23,439 nucleotides of DNA from Bugula neritina (Eukaryota; Animalia; Bryozoa): contig CAXIUT010000020.1 of the NCBI GenBank assembly GCA_964035545.1, forward strand, positions 1 through 23,439. The letters run 5' to 3'. The notes beneath the pieces were generated by a model. That model did not search any database and was not told where the DNA came from. It saw nothing but the letters and a program-made list of their open reading frames with translations. The position numbers and the translations under genes are program-made. This document shows, in pieces, positions 1 to 9,441 of this stretch. Every line of letters starts with the position of its first letter. The stretch's first letter is position 1.

Positions 1-87
1 CCCAACCCCAACCCCAACCCCAACCCCAACCCCAACCCCAACCCCAACCCCAACCCCAACCCCAACCCCAACCCCAACCCCAACCCC
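1..87. repeat. Left telomere (CCCCAA)n, C4A2 ciliate type
   Basis: Tandem CCCCAA from position 1, with an abrupt switch to AT-rich DNA at 88. Confidence 0.98.
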
Positions 88-207
88 TGATAATTATTAA
101 AAAATATCTATGATTAATTATATATACTAAAATATCAGAGTTTATTTTATTCAATTTAAAATCACTTTTTGCGATATTTAGCTTTTTCTATCTGATACTA
201 TTAATAA

Positions 208-1188
208 TCAGATTAAAATTCTGAAGTATTTTGGAATTGGAATGTATGAAGAACTCTAAATTCTGTTTAAATTGATTTTTTTAGAGCTTTGAGACTATTT
301 ATTTCCATATATTTCAAATTAACTTGGCTTAAAAACTACCTTTGGCTCTTTATTTGCAATAGAAACTGATCTGTCATAAATTTTCCATTGAACTAGATCT
401 TTATTGTCCTCAAACTTGTTTTAAAAACAATTTTTTTTCAAAAATAAATAGGTTTTTATTCACTATACAGTTTGCTGCAAATTACAATATCCTAGTTTTA
501 GTTTAGTCTTTAAAGTTTCTTTATTTTGAGCAGTTATTATCTTTTTTAGGAGGAGCTTACTTGACGATTATTGCAGAATGAATCAGGATTAAATCATCTT
601 TAATACTAAGATGATCCTTAATTTTATCTGAAAAATTGATCTCGATTTATTTTTGATCTTTTCTTTGCTTTCAGAAGCTATTTTATGAAGTTTATTTTTG
701 CTATCCATGTTTTTCTGATCCTTTAAAAAGTTAGAGGAAGAATAAGGAAAAGACCTCTTAAACTTCTAATAACAAAATTCTGAGAATAGTATTTTTATCT
801 CTTTATTTGTGATCTCTCCTTCACGAAATGCGCATCTTTCTACTATGTAGATGATGGATAAATATTCTTATTAATTATCTTTATAAATGTAAAAATCATT
901 TAATTGGAATTAAGATTTAATGACTTTCATTAAAATGGGAACTTTTTTATTGATTCTTTAATAATTATTTTTTATTCTTTAAATCAAAGAGTTTATATAT
1001 AGCATAGAGAATAAAATTGTGGAATATCTAAATGCTTAGATTTGTAATATTTTCAAATTTAAATCATATTGAATAGTTTTTTGGTAGTAATGATCATCTG
1101 ACTTGAGGTTTAAAGTTAAAAATTAAATATTCTTAGCCAAACGGAAAATGATTATATTATTCTCGTTTACTCAGTAAATACTAAACAT
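208..1188 (-). CDS. Hypothetical protein with an IQ-like motif region and in-frame TGA codons at 1171, 583 and 460
   Basis: One frame with TAR=E reads MFSIY*VNENNIIIFRLAK...KLRIILVLKMIES*FILQESSSKLLLKK...GYCNLQQTVE*IKTYLFLKKNCFENKFEDNKDLVQWKIYDRS...PIPKYFRILI*. The start could instead be the Met at 1005 or 930. The end is uncertain. Confidence 0.55.
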
Positions 1189-1216
1189 AAATAAATGAAT
1201 TTTAAAGGGATTTATA

Positions 1217-1918
1217 TCATTCTCTGAGGTTACTAGCTTGATCTTCATCAGAAATTTATAATTTTATAGTTATTTCAGACTTTTAGCTTTTAAAATTTTA
1301 TTTTTTGAATTTTAGTTAGTTCAACTCTTCCTAACTTTTGTCAAAAATAAACTACCTCAAACTCTAAACTTCTTTTTCTTAATATTTTGCAAAAGTCTTG
1401 TCTTTTCTATCAATTTTTCTTTCAGGTTTTTGATCATATTGAACAACATGAGGTTTATTGGATCTTTTTTTCTTATTTCTGGGTCTTAGTCTTCGAGCTA
1501 AATCTTATTAGCCAATGGCAGGTTTCTTAAGATATTAGCTCTTTTATGTCTTGTAGTTCTTAGGCCGATTGCTTGGCTTCTTTGCAAGGTGAGAATATGA
1601 AAAATTATATTTTTCTCTCATCTCTTTTTTTCTCTTTTCAAGCTATTTTTGTTTAATTTAAAGCCTACTTTGTTGGGAACGAAGGTCTTCTGCTCTTTGA
1701 CGGTTTTAATAATTTACTTAACGTAAATTTTATGAAAGAGGGAAGGTTTGATGTTGTTAAGGCCATTGAAAGAAAGGTAAGCTATTTTGATACAAAACTG
1801 GATGGTCTATGATATATATAAGAGTACAAGTTTCAGATGTTGGAGGGAACATAAAATATGTTTGATAGGCTCCAAATGGTAACATTTCTTTAGAGTTTTT
1901 AAAAAATTATAAAATCAT
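1217..1918 (-). CDS. Hypothetical protein, about 233 aa, with a charged coiled-coil C-terminal half
   Basis: TGA-free frame MILEFFKNSKEMLPFGAYQTYFMFPP...QQSRLEIKQKELEKRKKEMREKY...DEDQASNLRE*. Confidence 0.7.
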
Positions 1919-2052
1919 CAAGTTTTAATCAGATAAATATCTAAGGGCAGAATAATCATCTTACCTTTCTTAAAATGTTCAATTTCAAAAGTATTTGTAG
2001 ACAGAATATTGGTTTTATTGAAGGAGAATTACTTTAATTTTAAATTTCAAAA

Positions 2053-4812
2053 ATGATCTCTGAGAATTACAATCAACTCAAGTTATTTGTCAAAAAATGG
2101 AGGCATAATCAATTGTTTACAATTCTTAAGCTACTAAAATTGATCAAACATTTGATTTTATGATATTTGCTTTATTTAAGATGATTTTAATTGATAATAA
2201 TCCATTTTATATTATTACTGTCATAAAACAAACTCAAAAAATAAATATTAAGAATCATTTTAATCATAAATTTACTTAGCTTTTCTAGTTTCTAAAAGTA
2301 GAAGTCTGATTTAAAATATTTTAAATGTCGGTTTGATGCATTGATACATTGAATAGATGAGATGGAAAGTTTTTTGTTGTTTACATTTGTTAAATTATTT
2401 TCTAAATAGCTTTATTTAGGAGTTCCTTTTCAATGCAAGTTAAAAATAAACAATTTTTTTCGGTAATTATTCATTCGATCAGCATCGACTTTAAAATTAA
2501 AAGAAAAAGTTAGCACATATCTACTAGGTTATGAAGGACATTAGAAAATAATAATAATTAAAGTCTTAGAGAAGACGATAATCCTCTTTCAGCAACATAG
2601 TTTAATCTAAAAATAGATGTAGTAATAATCTTAAATTTGAATTAGAAAATTAATTAAAAAACTCAATAGTTTCAAATAAAATGATATTTAAAAGTATTTA
2701 TCTTTGATAAAGTTTTTTTACTTAAGGAAAATCATGTCTGATTATTTTTTTAAAAATTATCAATCAATAAAAATTGATATTAAAATTGCTTACTTCCTTG
2801 ATAATTATAATTTTATTCATGATTTTAAGCAAAATTTCCTTATTTTGTTTTGAAATTGTTATAAATTAACATTATTTTGATATTTTAATGTTACTTCTAA
2901 TTGATATTAATATGTTTTACATTTATTTTTTCAAGAAAGAGATTATTATCGATCTATTTATACAAAATATTGATAATAAAGTTTATAAATACTATTATTA
3001 CCAACAAAAAAATAATTAAAATAAAAACTAAAGACTCAAAAAGATGACTTCAATAAGAAAATACCCTAAAAATATTCAATAAATCATAAAATATTAAAAA
3101 TTATAGATTTTTTTTCATGATTTATCTTGTATAGACTTCTTTTCTTTGATATTTTATCAACTATTAATCTTATTTATGAGTTAATAATTGTTTTTTATTT
3201 GATATTACTATCGAATCTATTTTCAATGATTTTATATGATCTTGTATTCGTAATTAATAGAAATATATAATTTTTCTGAAGATATTAGAGTTAATTAACA
3301 AATTATTCATCATAAATTCTCCTTTTTTTATCTTTTTCTTGTTTATTTCAGATTAATTTCTATTTTATTTAGAGTTTTAGAAATATTTTTATTTTTAACT
3401 TAAATAGTCTTTAAATTTACTCTATCTTTCTTTATGATTCATTTCTTTGAATTAAATTTAAATCTTCTTTATCATTAATCAAGTACTCTATGGTGTATTC
3501 TGATAAATTAGATAATTCATACACGATTATTTACAGCTAGCAAGTTATTTTTGAAACATATTATTCTTCTATTTATTCTTTTTTAAAAGGATAGACTTGA
3601 TATTAAACTATATTATTTTTATATCAAATAAATTCTTTGTTATTTCATGAGAAATTCCAATTAAAATAAACGTAAGTATTATCAGAACATCATATTGAAC
3701 GTTAATTAATATTTATTCATTGAATTAGATAAAACTATCAGCATGAAGACAAATAAGTATATCAAGAACATTTTGCATTTTATATAAAAGTCAAAGACGA
3801 AAATAGACCAAAATAAAATTGTTTTTACAAAGAACCTATTGAACTATCTTTAGATTAAGTCTTTAAAATGATCATTATCAATATTGTTATTTTTCAATAT
3901 CAATATTGATTTAGTTGGCATTTCGAAAAGAAAGATCTTTTAATTAAAAGATGGATATAGTTAGTTGGAAATCAAAATAGCTTAATAACATAGGTGAGAA
4001 GTTTTTTAGTCTTCATTTTTTTTTTACATTTATGATCATTCTTTTATATATATGGCATGTTGAGAGAAGATCAAGGAATAAAATTAAGCATTAAAATTGA
4101 ATCATTGAACCGTGATGAACTTCGTAAAAATCAAATAAAAGAAGAAGAAAGAGCCTTTACTTAATTTTGGATATCGCTGAAAAATTTAGTTTTTTGAAAC
4201 TTAGATTCGAATTAAAGCTTAGATGAGACGATAGACGTTAAATTTAAAATCGAAAATTTTAGATTTGATACTTGTTCTGGAATAAAGATTCCTTTGATCT
4301 GATTCAGATATTTAAGTACTTTTATATAATATTCTTAAATATTGATTGTTTAGAATTTATTTTACTTTGTTAAGAACAAAGGGTAAAAACTGATAGCTTG
4401 TTATCAATAAAAAATAGAATATTTAATTTGAAAAAGTTACTAAACATTGATTTTATGATCGAATTAAAACAATGTAGATGTTATTGATTTCTTATGCGAA
4501 TTAATTTAAAAATATTGGGTTTTTCCAATTATTGAAACCGTAAATAACTATTGTTTATTAAAAAATCGATAAAAGGTGAGAATAAACTAATAAGTAGTGA
4601 TTAACCCTACATATTGATTAGAATTTATAAAAAAGTTATGGATTGATTTATCTCAAGGAGAATTATTGCAAAAAAATGATAAAAGTTTTAAATAGATATA
4701 CGGGTTAAAGAAAACTCTTCCTCTTAAGATGTGAAGAAAGAATCAAAGTCAAAAAGATCATTTTTATTAAAATAACAGGATATTTGTTGAAGTTACTCTT
4801 TAATCTGATTGA
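2053..4812 (+). CDS. Large hypothetical protein, about 919 codons, hydrophobic and probably helical, with 20 in-frame TGA codons (putative Trp); alternatively a pseudogene
   Basis: A single frame from ATG 2053 shows codon-like periodicity and in-frame TAR/GAR runs (EKEMEEESEI, NQIKEEERAFTEFW, QHEDKEVYQEHF) and needs no frameshift. It fills the gap between two genes exactly. No family recognised. Confidence 0.55.
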
Positions 4813-4850
4813 TTTTTTGATCATTCAATATAATCATTAAATCACTTGAC

Positions 4851-6199
4851 ATGATTTCTAATCTCCATCAACTTTCTGCACCTCTTAAGTCAATATCATC
4901 CTCTTAATATCATAAACAGTCAGGCTAAATACTTATTTCTGCTACTTTTATCTTTAATTCTTAAAGAAAAATTGAAACTAAACTATCGTTAACATAAAGA
5001 AATTTACTTATTTCAACTCAATCTCAAAAGTTTACAAACTAGTATTACTTCTTACCTATCTGTGATATCACATCATATCGTATTATCCGTTAAGAAAAAG
5101 TACTTATATTTTTATTTAGAAATTCTCAAAAACATATAAGGTTTTTACAATTATTTTCTTCCACTAATAGACGAACCTCTGCTTTTCTTCACTTTAAGTA
5201 AGTAGGGCTAATGATTGGGATATATATCTCAGAAAGGTTTTAACAAAAGTTGGTTTTCATTAATAGTATAAGCCCATTAGAAAAATAGCAAGTTGTCAAT
5301 CAGGAAGCATCTTTGAGGTTCTAAGATTCAGAGACAACCAAAAGTTTGCAGTGAAATGTTTTTCAAAGAGAGGTTTCAAAGAAGATCCAAAGAAAAAGAT
5401 AGCTATTATGTACTAAATCAACATGATGAGAATACTAGCTAAGTAAAGTCATCCAAATGTGATTAATTTACATGAGGTGTACTAGACTTAGAACTCAATT
5501 TACTTGGTAATGGATCTTTGCAGTGGAGGAACTCTCCAGAGTAAAATTGTTCTTTAAAATAAACTTGAATAATATCAAATCAAAAATATCCTCAAACAGA
5601 TTCTAAAAGGGTTAGTTCAATTGCATTCGAAAAATATCGCTCACAGAGATATAAAACCAGCTAATATCTTATTCAAGAACAAATCAATTGAAACTCTAGT
5701 GATAGCTGATATGGGTTTAGCTATTAATATCCATGAGAAAGAATATTTGTTAACTAAATGTGGAACTCCAGGCTTTGTTGCTCCTTAAATAATTGAAGCT
5801 TTGCCTAATGAACGACTGTTCAATCCTAAATGTGATATATTTTCCCTTGGAGCTATCTTCCATCTGCTACTAACATATACTTCTCTTTTCTAAGGATAAG
5901 ATAGAAATGAGGTCTTGTCAAAGAATCAAAAGCTATAGATCAATTTCGATGCAAATAAATATAAAACTATTGATAGTTCAGCCTTGGACCTTCTGAAGAA
6001 GATGTTAGAAATAGATCAATTTGATAGAATTAGTGCTGAATAGGCTCTAAGGCATTCATATTTATCAGAAAAAAATGATGAGAAACAGGATAATACAGAA
6101 TTAACTTTTATGCCAGGAGTGGAAATATCTAATATGCAATTATAGTCGTAGAGTCAAAAGACAAATAAAAAATATACAAGAAAAAATTCTCATATTTGA
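4851..6199 (+). CDS. PH-domain plus Ser/Thr protein kinase (CAMK-like ciliate family); one 20-nt intron at 5100-5119
   Basis: Motifs FAVK, alphaC Y[TAA]INMMR, HPNVINLHEVY[TAG]T[TAG]NSIYLVMD, HRDIKPANIL, DMGLA, CGTPGFVAP[TAA], CDIFSLG, RISAEEALRH. PH-like N-terminus ends ANDWDIYLRKVL. Stop is TGA 6197-6199. Confidence 0.95.
5100..5119 (+). other. 20-nt spliceosomal intron
   Basis: gtacttatatttttatttag; removal is needed to join the PH and kinase frames. Confidence 0.85.
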
Positions 6200-6377
6200 T
6201 TCCAATTCTCTTTAATTATAATCAATTATGAACTATTAAATAAATTTTAGTTAAATAATTAGTGATATTGATGTTGATAAATATCAAAATATTGGCTATC
6301 TATAAGGATATTTATAAATTAAAATCAAAGCAGTTGGGTAATTCTTCTAGATTATACATAAAAAAACAAAAAAAAAA

Positions 6378-7340
6378 TCATTTTTTTCCATTCAGTTAAG
6401 TCGATAAATATGTATTTAGAAGTTCTTATTCATTTTATGTCTACATTTTAGTTGATATTTATTCAGGATTTATTCTTAGTAACATATCTACATCACCAAA
6501 AGGAACTAAATTCTTCTATTTTGTAAATATAACTATCTTTTCTTACTGATGCTATATTGAGTTGACAACACTTTTATTTACCATGAAACCAATTAAAGGA
6601 AACCTCATCTTTTGTTCTTAACCTATCTTCTGATGCTTATTTCTTTTCAATATCAAAGATATCAATTATTGTTGACATTTAATCATTTCTAATCTCCTTT
6701 TTTTATTTTCCAACTACTTTTATTTCTTTTGAATCTTAATTTAAAACATTTTCTTTTATTTAGCTTTATAAATAACAAAATCTTACTAATTTAGCAAAGA
6801 ATAATAAGAAATTCCTACTTTATTTTTGATTAATTTATTACAAGCAATAAGAACAATCAATAAATCATAAATTCTTCTTTTAATAGAATGATTTATCTTT
6901 TAATTTTAGCAATTTATTTTAAACAATCGAATAAAAATGGTACATATTTATTTATAGCTAATGTTTTTTATTATTTATTGTAGTTTTAGAAGTTCTAGGC
7001 TCATAATTTTCAATTTCATGTTTATTTTATTTTTATGGGGTGTTTTTTATTATGGAAATTATAGTTTCATGATCATACTGTCATCATTTTGATACTATTA
7101 TTTGATAGAAATAGATGGAGACGATGTTTTGCCTGTTGTTTATAGTGTTGAGATATTTTATTATTTTATTTGTGCTTTATTTGGTGAATATAGGTTAAAA
7201 AATGGAGATTAAAATGATAATTATTTTTAGTATTTATGTTGATAAAGGTAGTTATTGGGTAGATTGATGTGGATTTGGTTGTTGAGTGGGTGGAAGGGGT
7301 CTTACTATATTTTAAAAATCAGGTTTTCTTAATAATTCAT
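6378..7340 (-). CDS. E2F/DP family transcription factor (DP-like), about 320 aa, intronless
   Basis: ISYKEIC...SIKRRIYDLLIVLIACNKLIK matches the DP/E2F RRxYD winged helix. It is followed by a coiled coil, LILKRN, RFPLIGF and PFGDVDMLL, like the DP dimerisation domain. Confidence 0.88.
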
Positions 7341-7495
7341 TTAGTTGTTCAAAAAGTATAATACTAAATTAGTAATAAAATTCATATAAATATGACAAAT
7401 CACAAATTTGATGTTCAACTTACTCTTATTAATTGACAAATAATAGTCTCATAATTTTATAACACTACTAATTTTTGATAATAAACATCTATTAC

Positions 7496-8315
7496 ATGAT
7501 CTCTTTCATAAAATATCTAACTAAGAAACAATAGTATTTCAAATATCCTCTTTTAACAAAAAATAAATCAAAATTAAGCAAGCAACTCTTAACATCATAA
7601 GCATCATAAAAATATATCAAATAATAAAATATCAAATATACAATAATCAAAATAACAAGATTAGTAGTCGGATGTTTGGTCATCGAAAGTATCCTCAAGG
7701 ACAAAACAATCAAGATAGCGATTAAATTATTCAAATAACAGCCTATAATATAAAACCTATCTAACTACTTGGTTGGGTACAAATATCACAATAAAGGATA
7801 TTAGAATATAGATCATAGCAATATTGTTGAAGTAATCAGATAGATCTAAAAATACAAGGCAACGAAACTAGACAAACATCTATTCATTAGAATATATTTA
7901 GGTATGAATGTTTTAATGGGTAGGGTATAATCAGTTGGGAGGCGAGGGGTGCAAATATTTGTGTCAATTTCGGTTGACCAACCTGCGATGGCTTAGTCTA
8001 TGTATTATTGGGAATTGAATGTAGGTGGAAATAGGATTGGCGATGAGGGGTGTGGGTATTTGAGTCGGGCTTGTTGGAATGAGTTGTTGGAACTTGATTT
8101 GGGTATGAATGATATAAAGGTAGAGAATAATGGGATTGGAGTGGAGGGGTGTCGGGGGTTGGTCAAGTCGAGGATGATCGCTTTGAAGAATTTGCATATT
8201 GGTAACTTTTGTGTTCGAGGTAGTTAAGAATGAGATTACGAAGGAGGGGTATCAAATTTTGAGGGAAAGAAATATAGCTGTTAGAATAAAATGTTAAATA
8301 TAGTACCAATAATGA
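7496..8315 (+). CDS. Leucine-rich repeat protein (RNI-like 26-aa repeats); introns at 7902-7923, 8002-8024, 8103-8123 and 8202-8223
   Basis: Spliced repeats GYNQLGGEGCKYLCQFRLTNLRWLSL / CGNRIGDEGCGYLSRACWNELLELDL / ENNGIGVEGCRGLVKSRMIALKNLHI / VKNEITKEGYQIL. All three internal exons are 78 nt. Confidence 0.9.
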
Positions 8316-8428
8316 ATGTTCGAGTATTCAAAAATGACTTTATATCAAAAATGTTGATATTTCTCTTAAAATGCTTAATACTATAATAAAAACAGCAAAA
8401 AACCCAATTTTCTCTATATTTTTATCTA

Positions 8429-8530
8429 GGGGGTTGGGGTTGGGGTTGGGGTTGGGGTTGGGGTTGGGGTTGGGGTTGGGGTTGGGGTTGGGGTTGGGGT
8501 TGGGGTTGGGGTTGGGGTTGGGGTTGGGTT
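8429..8530. repeat. Internal telomeric tract, about 16 GGGGTT units, in right-end orientation
   Basis: Perfect GGGGTT repeats at 8430-8525, then GGGTT. Confidence 0.97.
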
Positions 8531-9275
8531 TATTTTATGTATATTAGCAATTTCTTTATAATTAGTGTTCGAGTACTTTGAAGAGTTGTTATGTATAAAA
8601 TAAATATTTTTTAAACTTTTGCTATCCATTTAGTTGCTACCAGTAGTTGCAATTCTTCATTACTGTCTGTAAACTTTTATCGAAATTGAACTAAAATTAT
8701 TATAAAGTTATTGGACATAAATTGCATGTTTGAAGGGTTTTGATCGATTGATTCGCTTGATTCAATGGAGATTCTATTTGCTGAGCTTAGATAGATGATT
8801 ATTTATCGATAAGATCTTTATTGATATTAGATTTATCTATATGATATCGATTCTTATCCTACTAAATTTTCTGGTATTTTCCGTTCCAAAACAACCTCAC
8901 ATCATCAACAGTTTTAAACCCCATCTAGATATATTCCTCTCGACTCAAATACTACCTACACATACCTTGCTCTCTAAACTAACTTCTCTTTCTCTTGACA
9001 TCTCTAACCAAGTGATCAATCCATGAGCCGAACTAATCATTCTTTTTGATATTATTAGTTTTGTACTATTTGTATATTTAGTGCATCATGGAGAAGTAGT
9101 TTATCATGTGGCAGGTATTGGTGGTGTTTTTGTAGTATTTTTGTATTTATAGTTAGTGTTGTTGGTCGTAGAGTTATTGGTGTCTTTAGCGGTAGCCTGG
9201 TCTTTTTATGTGGGATTCTTTCCAGGCTTGTTGGTAGTATTTCTCGCTGTAAAAACTTGAACTCAAATTTGTCAT
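8531..9275 (-). CDS. Hypothetical protein, 3' end truncated by the internal telomere tract
   Basis: MTNLSSSFYSEKYYQQAWKESHIKRPGYRERHQELY...VRLFWNGKYQK...FKVLEHELERNCEYTENK runs into the repeats with no TGA. Confidence 0.75.
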
Positions 9276-9441
9276 TTTTAGTTGAACTATTTACTATCAT
9301 TAACCCATTGAGGACTATATATAATATCAAAAGAGAAATATCTATTTTTTAATAGATATTTATGATAAAAGTTATATTCAAAAATAAATTATTTTATTTT
9401 CTTACTCATTCATGATATCTTTTTGATTTTCATCAAAATAA

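Noticed and set aside
88-100. GATAA close to all three telomere junctions as a chromosome breakage signal
   Set aside because: The spacing is inconsistent (about 1, 2 and 15 nt) and the word is common at this AT content; many more ends would be needed.
2053-4812. Selenoprotein explanation for the in-frame TGAs
   Set aside because: There are 20 dispersed TGAs in hydrophobic contexts, no redox CxxU motifs, and only 38 nt before the next ATG, leaving little room for a SECIS.
7492-8227. ORF-track ORFs at 7492, 7964 and 8000
   Set aside because: Two are antisense to the LRR gene and one is an unspliced fragment of it.
8426-8629. ORF-track protein ending in a PTPTPT repeat
   Set aside because: It is a translation of the telomeric tract in a frame different from the real CDS.
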